A stretch of 64,000 bases of DNA from Octopus sinensis (lineage: Eukaryota): the NCBI RefSeq assembly GCF_006345805.1, contig NC_042998.1, forward strand, positions 60,140,001 through 60,204,000. Direction: 5' to 3'. Positions 13,301 through 25,288 of this stretch are shown here, piece by piece. How positions within the stretch are numbered: position 1 is the first letter of the stretch; every line of letters starts with the position of its first letter. The notes under the pieces are model-generated. The model had not been told where the DNA came from and searched no databases. It saw only the letters and a list, made by a program, of their open reading frames with translations. The translations under genes were made by a program, and so were the position numbers.

Positions 13301-14956
13301 CGTTACCTCAACCCACTTTGGGTTACATGTAAAGGTAATGAATAAATCGGGTCGCCCATAATGCCGAACGTAAGTCATAGCGTCTTGTGTTCGCTCGTTC
13401 ATGTACCGTGGGCCCCCTGTATAGGTTGAGGGGAGAATGCACATTTTGCCGATATTGCGGGCGTCAGTGTCATTCCTGATGCCATCACGCAAATGGATGT
13501 AGGAGTCTGAGCGCAGCTGCTTCTGATTCAATTTGATGAAGCCCAGTCTCTCGGACTCCATCTTTGCAGCCATGTCAACTGCAAACTGGTGAAACAGTTC
13601 CTGTGATCTGTGCAGGGGGTTGAAATCATTATGCCTTGTCATGAAGCGGTATGAGTAAAAAGCCATACATGAAACAGTTTTAGATGTCGCAGCCGAGGGC
13701 TGGTTTGGTTTGTGGTGAGGAATGCCGAAATGGTACCCGTCTTCTCCATACGGAAAAAGAAGGGGATACTGCAGGGCGTCATATGACCGATGCGTCTCAT
13801 TAATACGCTGAAGACCACTGTCGCGGCTTTGAAGAACTATGTCCCGCTGCTTGTGCTGTTCACCATGGAGAACTATGGCCACTTCATTGCACGAAGGAGC
13901 GTTATATCGCCGCGCGTGCTCCCCAGAAGGCCTTTTGTCAGCATCGATGACAATGGTGAATGTTGGTGAAGGGGCTGTTTCCAAGGCGTATTTGAAACTG
14001 CGAATATAGCTGTTGTGGTGATGAAGCATGTTTTGCAGAGTGAGCAGCACGTCCCTGTCGAAATTGTCAGCGTTAGTGTTTGCATGTTGTGGAATTACGT
14101 CGAAACGCAAATCAAGTTGCCTATTGTAATTTGTAATAAAATAAATTTGAAGGAACGAAGGTTTGCAATTTTGTAGTGGCTGGAGTGACCCAATAAGGTG
14201 GTACACCTGGCCCTGGACCTTGAAAGTAGGCATCCAACCAGTTTCTCTGACAACGTTAGCCCCGAAAGAAGTCATCTGAAATGCACAATTGTATTTCCTG
14301 ATGAGTTGAAGGAATTTTGATGACCTTGAGGTTGAACCAGTAAGTAATTCCTTCAAAGGGTCTGGCAGCTCCCGAAGAGGGGGCAAGCTGACCTTACCGT
14401 TTAAGCAGCACATCGCAGGTGGTTCCCCAGCCCACTTTTTAGCATTGCAGAATTGGCAATAGAAGAACATTTCCCCAATATTTATGTCAGCGTGCATCGA
14501 GTAATTGAAGTTGGGCTCATACTTGAAAGCACGTAGATGCCAGTAAGGTCTGTTTGGACTCGTCAGACCGCGGCGTCGACTGTTCCGCTGGAATGTAGAA
14601 CGTTGCTGGTCTGAGTCGTGGGAATGTGTCGAAAATGTTGAAGCAGCAGTAGCCGCAGCGTTTGTAGCCAGTCGAGTGGCCCTTTGTTGTGGGTCCTCTG
14701 AAGCCCTTTGTGCAGCAACAGCAGAAGCCTTTATGGCGCTGCGCTTCGACCTTGTTTCCGGACCGTCTGAAGCCGTGGAAGCAGCATCGTATGAAACAAC
14801 CGCAGCGTTTGTAGCCAGTCGAGTGGCCCTTTGTTGTGGGTCCTCTGAAGCCCTTTGTGCAGCAACAGCAGAAGCGTTTATGGCGCTGCGCTTCGCCTTT
14901 TTCGCAGCTGCTGCTGCAGTATGGCGGCCGATGCGACTTCTCTTTTTCGGTGGCAT
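10395..14956 (-). pseudogene. Helitron RepHel transposase (STPR-like repeats, Zn-finger-like CxxC..CC, HUH Rep domain, PIF1-family SF1 helicase), ~1520 aa when reassembled
   Basis: Four supplied ORFs join into one protein. Motifs: PDLFITFTCNPKW (Rep 1), GLPHAH (HUH), SIKYICKYVNKG (Y2), APGGTGKT (Walker A, in the shifted frame), IVWDECTM, GDFRQTLP, QFPVRPCFAMSINKAQGQT, HGQLYVGCSRV. Lesions: deletion at 13164/13165, frameshifts at ~12915 and ~11686-11698. No intron evident. Confidence 0.95.
14653..14895 (-). repeat. Two 96-bp coding direct repeats (period 147 bp) in the RepHel N-terminus
   Basis: 14653-14748 and 14800-14895 differ at one base seen (gaagcct/gaagcgt). They encode KRSAI(N/K)ASAVAAQRASEDPQQRATRLATNAA. 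Confidence 0.9.
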
Positions 14957-16251
14957 TTTATGTGAAAAAGAAAGGGTGAAAGTTACTTAAAGATAGAAAT
15001 TGTAATTTGAATGAAATGTGGAAAAATGTAAAGCGTGGAAGGAAAAGAAAGAAATATTAGCAGCTGAAAGAAATTTTTTATGCAAGTATAGCGACAGAGT
15101 GTGTAAAATGTATAGAAATTTGAGTTAAAAGCCAGAAAAGAAATTTAGATTTGCAAGAAAGGAAGTAGTTTACGTACATGTTCGAAATGTGAAGTGTTTT
15201 AGTTGTTTAATCAAATATTTGCGTAAAGTGTATAGAAACGTAAATTGAAAAAAGAAAATGAATTGAAATTTTTTTAAGAAAGGAATTTGTTTACATACAT
15301 GTGTGAAATGGCAATGTTTGTGCAGTTGTCCGAAATGGAATCCAGGGTAAATGTGTAGAACTGATGTATTATAATGAATAGTCCTTCTTGAACTGAAAAC
15401 TAGTGGTGTAGCATAAAAGACGATAAGGGATCTTCTCGCCAAAATGGATGACCAGTCTGAATGGCTCACCCCTGTCACACACACAGACACACACGCACAG
15501 ACACACGCACACACACACAGACACACACACACACACGTTAGCTTACAATGTCTGTCAACAATTGACACTGTCGTATATATTAGCGTGTCTATGTGTCTAA
15601 AGTGGAAGTGGGAGTGAAAGAGTGAAAGAGTGAAAAGTTAAAATATTGAGTTTTCTCGAATTTTGTCTTAATTGGGGGTAAAATTGAAAGAAATTTGGTA
15701 TAGCACGACCCAATGGAATTACTTTGAAAAATCATGGTTAAACTCTAATTGAAGAAATTGTGTGAGGAGTAAATCGTTATGTATTTATTTGTTTCTGTTT
15801 GCTGTGTTTTTTTTTTTTAGTATTGGTTTCACTTTAATCATTGCAAACTTGCAAAGAGAAAGTCATAGAAATGAGAGTGATAGCGTGAGTGAATGAGATC
15901 GCTCCCTTTTTGTGTGTGTGTGTGTGTGCGAGTGCTGTAACCCACACTAAGAAAAACATTTGACATATACACCACAATGTGAGTTTTCTCTAAATTTTGC
16001 TTAATTGGGGTTGAAATTTTAAAAACTGGACCTGGCACGACCCGGTGCATTCTACTCTTAAAAATGCTAGGTAAATTGTAATTGAAGAAATCCTATATTG
16101 TAGATTTCTATAAGATACAAAGGGAGGCAGATAAAATCTGCCTTTTATAATAAGAGATATATATATATATATATACTAGCAGAATTGCCCGGCGTTGCTC
16201 GGGGCTGAATTGCTTGAAAGTACTGTTAATGATTGCACTGAATTATGATGA

Positions 16252-16794
16252 TTATTCAGGCAAATATTGATATAAGTTTACGGTGGGAGATAAGGACTTA
16301 ACGATCAAACGTGTGCCATTGCATTGTTTTGGGGGAACCAAATTTCTGATGAGCATTATAGGGGCACCAACTTTAAGTTTGAGAAAGTGTGGTGGTAGTC
16401 CGGGATGCTCAAAGGAATTGAGTACCTCTATTGGATAGTTGATGACGTCCTCTGGGTGAGGAGTTGTATCGATAGACTGATATACATAGACTTCCCCAGG
16501 AATGAGTTTTAGCATTTCATCATTAATATGGTGAACAGTTTTATTCCTCGGGGCCAGTATAGCCTTTTTGCCAATCCAATCCATATTCTGATAATTAGCT
16601 TGTAGATCTGGGAACACTGCATCTCTGAGATCAGAAGGCGTGTTAACAATGGTACAAATGGAATCGATAGCAATATTACCATTTTCATCCCCTGGTATTT
16701 TGCCTTCGCCAAGTGCAAGGAGGGTGTGAGGAAATGCTGCTGATGTGATATTACGTCGCATATGAGCACACATATTGGTGTGAAGTTTGAGAGT
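16252..16794 (-). pseudogene. PIF1-helicase fragment of Helitron B
   Basis: Near-identical to the Helitron A helicase middle section (LPPHFLKLKVGAPIMLIRNL...CNGTRL). Reads through the deletion junction into the 3' terminus (PTVNLYQYLPE*). Confidence 0.9.
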
Positions 16795-17024
16795 TACTTC
16801 CCTTTATTTAAAAGATATGCATTAAAATGGAAAGAAATGATGGTAAATTATTTGTAAAATCATAGACTCATCGTAGACGCGCGCTAATACCCAGAAGGGC
16901 TCGATATGAATTACGACTATAAGATACCCGGTTTTGGTTAAACTGCATCGCAAAATGTGTGAGTAGTTAGGAATCTAAATCGGAGTAGACAGACACACAA
17001 CCTTTCTTTTATATATAAATATTT

Positions 17025-18007
17025 TCGTCCTAAAAAACTTTGTATGGATTGAATGGTTACCTCTATGGAAATATATACACGCACATTATACATACATCTG
17101 TGTATAGATGAATATATAAATACATTTAAATATCTATATACACTTTTAGGCGATCTTTGTGCTACTTAGAGATAACTTTAGATCTTATTTTCGTCCTAAA
17201 AAACTTTGTGCGAAGTGAATGGTTACGTGTATGGAAATATATACACACACATTATACATACATCTGTGTATAGTTGAATATATAAATACATTTAAATATC
17301 TATATACACTTTTGGGCGATCTTTCTGCTACTTGGATATAGGTCTTATATTCGTCCTAAAAAACTTTGTATGGAGTGAAAGGTTACCTCTATGGAAATAT
17401 ATACACACACATTATACATACATCTGTGTATAGATGAATATATAAATACATTTAAATATCTATATACACTTTTGGGCGATCTTTCTGCTACTTGGATATA
17501 GGTCTTATATTCGTCCTAAAAAACTTTGTATGGAGTGAAAGGTTACCTCTATGGAAATATATACACACACATTATACATACATCTGTGTATACATGAATA
17601 TATAAATACATTTAAATATCTATATACACTTTTGGGCGATCTTTCTGCTACTTGGATATAGGTCTTATATTCGTCCTAAAAAACTTTGTATGGAGTGAAA
17701 GGTTACCTCTATGGAAATATATACACACACATTATACATACATCTGTGTATAAATGAATATATAAATACATTTAAATATCTATATACACTTTTGGGCGAT
17801 CTTTCTGCTACTTGGATATAGGTCTTATATTCGTCCTAAAAAACTTTGTATGGAGTGAAAGGTTACCTCTATGGAAATATATACACACACATTATACATA
17901 CATCTGTGTATAGATGAATATATAAATACATTTAAATATCTATATACACTTTCGGGCGATCTTTCTGCTACTTGGATATAGGTCTTATATTCGTCCTAAA
18001 AAACTTT
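17025..18007. repeat. 160-bp tandem repeat, six full units plus a partial, inside Helitron B
   Basis: Unit start tcgtcctaaa at 17025, 17191, 17351, 17511, 17671, 17831, 17991. The first unit is 166 bp and the most diverged. Confidence 0.95.
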
Positions 18008-18394
18008 CCTGTCACACAGTCACGCACACACACACACACACCCTCACACACACACACACGCACACACACACGTTAGCTTACAATTTTATTTATATATTTG
18101 CGTGTCTATGTGTGTAAAGTGGAAGTGGAAATGTAGAGTGAAATAGTCACTCACTAGAGAAAGTGAATTAGTTTCACTTTATTCGTTGCACACTGTGTGT
18201 GTGCGTTTGCGTGTGCTGTATCCCACACTAAGAGAAGCATTTGACTCATACACCACAATGTGAGTTTTCTCTAAATTTTGCTTAATTGGGGTTGAAATTT
18301 TAAAAATGCTAGGTAAATTGTAATTGAAGAAATCCTATATTGTAGGTTTCTATAACTGACAAAGGGAGGCAGATAAAATCTGCCTTTTATAATA

Positions 18395-18451
<57 letters not shown>

Positions 18452-18453
<2 letters not shown>

Positions 18454-18560
18454 TAAATTAGAGATAAAACCACTATTAGGCAAATCAAACAGTGAAAAAC
18501 ATAAGCCAATACATAAAATTAATTCAAAAATATAAAAGTTAAAAATTTTAAAAATTATTA
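18452..18560 (+). repeat. Dispersed AT-rich repeat (aaattagagataaaaccactattaggcaaatcaaacagtgaaaa...)
   Basis: Reverse-complement copies at ~25790-25882 and ~63688-63722, each adjoining (TA)n. Family not identified. Confidence 0.6.
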
Positions 18561-20299
18561 AAATAATTTAAACTTATAAATTTTAAATATATATATATAT
18601 CGTTCGAATATACAGCTAATTCATAGGGTCACGCATTCTGTCAGGCTGATCCTACTAAAGAATTACGCAGAAATAAAAATGCCGGTGGAATACTCACTGC
18701 GTCGATTACACAATAATTCAGTTATTAAATAGTTCGGCTGATCGCACAACCACCGAGATACTCATCATCGAATCCAACAGAAGTCTATCACATCTGTATG
18801 TCCGTAAGTGTATGCCTTTCGACGAGAATTCTGCATTCATATGAAATCACTCATCACTTCGGCACAGTTGCTATATTGAACAAGTCACCATGAATAAATG
18901 AGTGGACTGTAACCAACAACAGCTTTGTTTACTAGATTCGATATAAGATACATATAAAATAGTACGGAAAGGAGGGATTAATTACTATATGCTATTCTCG
19001 CTAAGGATATTTAGAACGTTTTCATTTATTAGTTATTATTTTCTGCCGTTAGAGCGTAAATTATTTCCTTTAACATGGCTTCTGCTGATATGATAGTAAG
19101 ATAATTTTTTTTTAATCTATGGGTTAGCTACTTATATGTCTTGAGATTGGGAAGCAAAAACTGAAACCCAAGAGATGAGGACATTATAGTTAAATGCTAA
19201 ACACGTATGTCTGGAAATATTTAAAATATATATATAATGTGTAAGATGTATATATGTAATAAAAATAACGACGCAAAGTAGTATGACCGATAACAGGATT
19301 CATAAATTAATACTCAAAAGAAATCTAACACCTGAAAGAATGTTTCACCAGTTACACAAGTTTCCCTCGAACTTAGCAGCGCCACCTCTAGCCGAACAGT
19401 TCTTCTTTGCTGATGAAGAGAAATAACCCAGAAATTGGAATACACAAATATTGTTCTGCGCTGAGTTGGGATGCTGAACTCCCTCATTTGAAAATGTAAG
19501 TACACAGATAGCGTGCCGTATACCCAGCTGATGACGATGTTGCCTGGGGTTAAATAGCAATAACATTCCTCCTAACCAGGACACCACGTTATGTTGGTAA
19601 ATGATACTAACTTTAGAGTGTTGTTACTGAATGTCTCTCGTTGAGTGATTAATGAATAGTATTTTTTTTTACATCAGTCACTGTGTGTCACTATTAAAAA
19701 TATATATTTCGAACAAGAATTTAGCAGCGCCATCCCTAGTCGAACAGTTATGCTGTACTGATGAAGAGAAATGACCCAGAAATCGCAATACACAGATGTT
19801 GTTTTGTGCTGACTGGGGTTGCAAACATAAAAGACTTTCTCACCTTCCCGAGGATTAAACTAATACACCTGTTTGTTGTTTATACACCTGTCTTCGTCTT
19901 TTGTTATTCTTTAAATTTCAACTATATATACTTCTTTAAAATCTATGTAACAAAAAAATTTATAGAATGCTATTCAAAGTTCGTCCTCAGGTATTGACTA
20001 CCGAATGTCATCATACAGTGGGAAGGCTCCTGTCACAGGATATACGTCAGCAAATTCAGTAAATTGCTGAAAAAAGCACCATCAAAAGACTTGTGGATGA
20101 GGACATCATGTACAAGACATATGTAATGCGGAGATATCAGTTTATGTGACATGAGAGAAGCGTTCGATCCGTGTAACGTGCTTGCACAGCCGTTAAAACA
20201 CGAAGTGGATGGAATGCTTTGCTTTTCTGAGAAAAATGTCGATCAGGACTTACCTTATTGTCCCAACATAATCTCCAACCATACCTCTCACTTCATCTT

Positions 20300-21520
20300 G
20301 CATCATTTTTCTCTCAAATTCGTAGTTATCGTAAACCTCAGAGCTCAGAATTACACGTGGCTTTTACAGTCATCCCACACTGAGGCTGCCGATCCAGAAA
20401 TCGAATTTTTTAAAAACTACTAGCTTTCTACATCAACTTGTTGCATCGAATATTTGCATTCCAGATCGACAGATAGACACCCCGAACTCTTTTCATTCTG
20501 TTCATGAAACATAAACCTAACCTCTACCAAACCGTAACTGTCCTCGCACCCAACACATAATCACTTATTACACGACGCATAATATTTAATCGATCCTACT
20601 GAGCTTTTAATCAGCTAACTTGCCAGAGCTCCACAGTTTTAAGCCATTTATCCTTGGCGGTACATCTGCCTCATTGCTGACCCATCCGAGACAGCTAAGT
20701 TAATGACTGAAACCATCCTTTTCAGGAATATTCCTTGACTACAAAAGCTCAAAATCCCAAATTCCAAATGTTACTCACTCATAGCTGCACTGAAACTGTT
20801 CTAGGAAAAGTTTACAACTCTCGGAGAATCTCACCCACTTGGCCAAGCTAGATGGCGCAAACTTTCAGGTTCACTATCTGGAGTACGAAAAATGCGTTCG
20901 CTAATCTCACGGTGTTCAAGCTCTTTTGCCTCACAAACAGCAGCCGATTTTTTTGGTTCTTTTTCACAATAATTTCCACTAATTTTAGGGGATCCTCTTT
21001 ACACAATAGATCCATAAAAATATTCTCAACCCTTAGAAGAAAACTCTAGTTTCACAATTCCTTTTGCATTCAACTGAAATTTAGCTAACCTCTTCCAAAT
21101 GCATGGTATTTCCACCACACCAAGTTCACCAATCGGTATACGCATGCGCCAAGTTTTGGAATTCCTATGGTTACTTCAAACCAATAAGACTAGCGCTTCT
21201 ATCATCGTCCGTTCAACTTCACTAAAATATTGCGCTACAGAAATTAACCCCATACTTTCCTATCTCTTCAGTTTCTCATTTTTCAACAGATATATTTTCT
21301 AGTCCTTTGATTCAATGTGCTCCATCCCCAGAAAGCAACCTCTCTGACTCAGCTATCTATTATCCTATTATACTCACTCCTAATTTCCATATGCTGATGG
21401 AGACAGTCATTAAAAATGAAGTTCTCCATTACCTTGAGTATATCTCTGATCTCAGTCACCACCAGTTAGGATTCTCTAGAGCCAGATTTACTCAGATGAT
21501 TTTCTTATGTGAGTCACCAA
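20300..21520 (+). mobile_element. Highly decayed CR1/Jockey-like LINE fragment (linker and RT N-terminus)
   Basis: NSSRFFW...ISTNF and YYPIILTPNFHMLMETVIKNEVLHYLE...HQLGFSRAR resemble NYRPIALTS..SKVME.II...L..YLE......QYGFR..RS. The start coordinate is approximate. Confidence 0.6.
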
Positions 21521-21823
21521 TAGGCTTATGCATTAAAAAATTATCAGTGAAAGTAATGCTGTCCCCTAGACGTCAGCAGAATTTTCGAGCGTATCTCACA
21601 TTCGAATCTCCTATCGGAAATTCTCGGCTTTGGGCACCACCTATTTCGCAGCTGTATGGAGATTGAAGGGTTGTAACCTAGTCACGGAAAATAGTCTTGT
21701 CGGTAAACTGGTGTCTCTACTTTATGAGACTATAATGAGAGATTAATGAAAGTTAGATTATAAATGACTAGAAATAGAAATGTAACTGTTTTTCTCGACT
21801 ATGTACGTTAACACTCTGCTTTA

Positions 21824-22843
21824 ATGACAGATCTACCGGACTTTCAAAGACGTCGAATTGTTGGTGCTGGTATGGCAGGCGCCAGAATAACGGAAACAGT
21901 CGAAATTTTTGGTGTATCAAAAAGTACTGTCTAGAAAGTAATGACAGCCTTTGAGAAAAAGGGAAAAAACCACCTCGTTGAAACAAAGCTTCGTAAGAAA
22001 ACCAAAACTTTCATATAGGGACCGTCGGATTCTTAAGAGAATTGTTAGTAAGGGTCACAAAATTACAACTCCCAAAATTTATGCAGAGCTTAATGACCAC
22101 CTCGAGAACACAGTTTCTACAAAAACCGTTTGCCGGGAGCTGCACAAAGCCGTAATCCACGGGAGGGTGGCAATCAGAAAACCACTACTTTCGAAAACAA
22201 ACGTTGCAGAGCGTTTGGATTTGAGTAAAACCTACAGAATTAGTCCCTTGAGCATTGGAAGAATGTTATTTTCTCGGACGAGTCATCTTTTACCTTATTT
22301 CCGACCACCAGCCGATCATACATGTGGAGACAGCCAAAAGAAGCATTTGACCCAGACTGCTTCCTTCCAACTGTTAAACATGGAGGAGGATCTTTGATAA
22401 TCGCGGCGGTGGGGAGGGGCTATATCTTGGAAATCCGCTGGCTCAATGGTTTCTAATCATGGCAGAATTAATAGTCAAGACTATTTAAGCATTTTATCTA
22501 ATCAAATTCATCTTATATTTGCAGAATTGTTTCCAGAGGGAAAAGCAATCGTTCAGGATGATAATGCACCAAAGTTGTTAATGAATGGCACGAGGAACAT
22601 TCCAGTAGAGTTATCTAGTCACCACAGTCGCCAGATCTCAATATTATTGAACATTTATGGTGCATTTTAGAAAAACAGGTAAGGAGTCGATATCCTCCAC
22701 CATCATCACTACAAGAACTGGAGACGGTCATAATTGAAGAATGGACAAAAATTCCTTTGGAAACAATTCAAACTTTGTACGAGTTCACATCTCGTAGAAT
22801 TCAAGCTCTAATTATTGCCAAAGGCGGTCCTACTCCGTATTAA
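21824..22843 (+). pseudogene. Tc1-family DD34E transposase, frameshifted
   Basis: MTDLPDFQRRRIVG..., WKNVIFSDESSF, TVKHGGGS, QDDNAP, SPDLNIIEHLW, KGGPTPY*. Only a partial right TIR (aaggtgtttccatta ~22866-22880) seen; no left TIR found. Confidence 0.9.
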
Positions 22844-24831
22844 AATAACTTTGTTTGAAATGTTAAGGTGTTTCCATTACTTTAAGTGAGTGGACAAACG
22901 AAAGAAGAACAATCAACAAATTTGTTGGGAGTTACATGTATGGCTCAAAACAGTTTGAATCAAACTGATTTAATTCATATATATATATATATATGGTGTG
23001 TGTGTGTGTAAAATGGCCCCCTTTTTAACTGGCTAAAGTGATTTTTTTTCTATAAAGACATTTGAAATATCTACTCTACATGAATAGATCTTTAGTTATT
23101 AATGAAATCAACAAAATGTTAATTTCCACGAAACATTTCATACGCGGTGGCACATCATCCAATCAGAAGCACATTTTACATCATTCTGACGAAGGAACGT
23201 TATCTACTTTAGGGATATGAAATTATTGTAACAAATGGTTGTATATTTGTCCTCTTATGTTAGTATGACACAGATCACCCGGATCCTAAATCTTTGATTA
23301 AATATCTCCTGTTCAAGTTAATTCTTGGTTTAGCACATATGCAAGGAAACTTTTCTCTAAAATCAATGTTGTAATTGTAAATGGAAGTGATTCAATGGCT
23401 TATGATGCCCTCCTCAGTAGATAACTGCTAATTATTCTCTAGGACCTTGAAGAATTAGAGAGAAATTCAATCCCTGACGAGTGTTTAAAGTCATAATATT
23501 AAGAGCGATATATGAATTTCATGATCTTCTACTGTTCCTAATACACCTGCTCACACACTAATTTCGGCACAAACATAATGATGCTATAATTATATAGATA
23601 TCATAACGTTATGTGTGAATATACTATATTGATATAATATAGATGCAAATGAGCTTTGCAAATTAAAGGAAATAAAGAGCTTCTATATCATATATTTCAT
23701 ATATACATCCAGTGTGATGTACTAGATATATTACCATTTTGATACTAAAACATTGAGAACAATGTAACAAGTTCCTTGACAGTTATTGCTGTTTCAGCTT
23801 TTCTAAAACTTTTAACAATTGACAGCAGGCTGTCACTCTATTGTTTATTATCTTTGGCCGCTTCTATCTCAATCGAATTACAATATATCTACTCATCTTT
23901 ATATGTTTTCTTTCTCTAGCCAAACTGTCAAGATATCAAACTGTTTGAAATGAATTCCCCTGTATAAATATTAATATAAAAAAATCTCATATCCCAGTGG
24001 GCTTGATTTTATCTTTCATAAAACACATCAAGACCTAGTAAATCGCTTAAGCCCACTTCTTCCAATTTGGTAGCCTTAAAGCTATTATGAAAAATCAATA
24101 TTCGCACATGATGACTGGATCGCATATAATCTGTACAAGATCTCGAATCAAAAAATATGTATTCATTCCAGGAGATTGGAATTTCTAGTTATTACTGTTT
24201 CAATCCGGGTACAGACACTTGTTGCATTCTCCCAGTCAATATATTTCTATCAATGACACATATATACCGGTGGTAGATATTAGAGTTAATTGGAATAATC
24301 CGCTGAGAGCATTAAATGCCCGGTGGGGAGAAGCAGTAGAGCTAAGGACATTACATAAACTATCAATATTCCTGCGAAATTTTGGTATATGTTCATTTGT
24401 TAGCGACTCACATCACCATAGATAATCGACTAAACTGTGTTACATTTCATGATTAGAAATAGTGCTTAGTAAGTGATCAACACTATTGATGCCAGTGACA
24501 TTTAATTCTGTCTATAAAGACATCTTGTTTTATAAACAACCTAGTTCACCGTACTGAACCATTCCATTAAAATTAGAGTGGGTACAGATTGGTATTCATA
24601 CTCTTATTCCTAGTCGCAATTTCTGAGTAAAATCTCACTCTCTGACTTGGCTTAATGCACAATGTGTATCTGCTACTACTCATCGGACTCTCTTTTATCA
24701 ATACTTTTAGCGGGATCAGTCTCGACTCGCTAATGTTGATGCAAAAGAGCTATTGTCGACGCTAAGTCTTCTACTGCACGCTGGGTTCGTGAATCCATTG
24801 CCTTATAGCGGCTTGGAAGTCGCCACATTTA

Positions 24832-24892
24832 GTCTAATAAGGAAACATTCTTCATTGAAAAGTACAAACCCAGACTCAACTATCCGAACTCA
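24832..24892 (+). mobile_element. Possible Penelope-like GIY-YIG C-terminal remnant
   Basis: Translates SNKETFFIEKYKPRLN, resembling the KE..FI.K.KP.LN tail of Penelope endonucleases. Short, with no RT found nearby. Confidence 0.4.
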
Positions 24893-25215
24893 ATAATACA
24901 GAGAAATTCACACTAAAGGAAAGAAATTTTCTTTAAGCGATTATCTCCCCTACACCGGAAGAAATCACTCACTACTTTCCCTTATTTAGAACTCTCCTTA
25001 GCAAAAATACAAGGATTACGTTATTAAAAATAAACATTAAGTCACAAGAAATTTGAAGAGCTAACTGCGAAACGGGTATTTCTTTAAAAATTATAAAATT
25101 ATGTCATTTTAAGGAAAGGAAAAAAATTTTTCCAATATTCTCCAGACATTTTGACGCAATATATATATTTTTTAACATTTAAGCCTTCTGTCGTTTTTTC
25201 ACTCTTTACTATTTT

Positions 25216-25288
<73 letters not shown>

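Larger units (their letters stand above)
9560..16157 (-). mobile_element. Helitron A: full-length autonomous-type element, inactivated by few lesions
   Basis: 5' end A|TC(TC)TTATTATAAAAGGC at 16157 (or 16155). 3' hairpin cccgagcaacgccggg followed by caattctgCTAG|T at 9560. Inserted in (TA)n. Internal RepHel coding region. Confidence 0.95.
16176..18397 (-). mobile_element. Helitron B: non-autonomous composite derivative of Helitron A
   Basis: 5' A|TCTTATTATAAAAGGC at 18397. 3' terminal ~108 bp nearly identical to A, with hairpin and CTAG|T at 16176. 16284-16794 matches A 10715-11225 (helicase). 18008-18397 matches A's 5' region. Confidence 0.9.

Noticed and set aside
17025-18007. Regularly spaced repeats that might suggest a CRISPR array
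   Set aside because: Units are contiguous with no unique spacers, the context is eukaryotic, and there are no cas genes.
18801-18862. Minus-strand tgatgag...ctcgtc-GAAA-ggc-ATA with flanking complementarity, hammerhead-like
   Set aside because: The invariant first C of the core is absent and stem II does not close next to the core. At best a dead relic.
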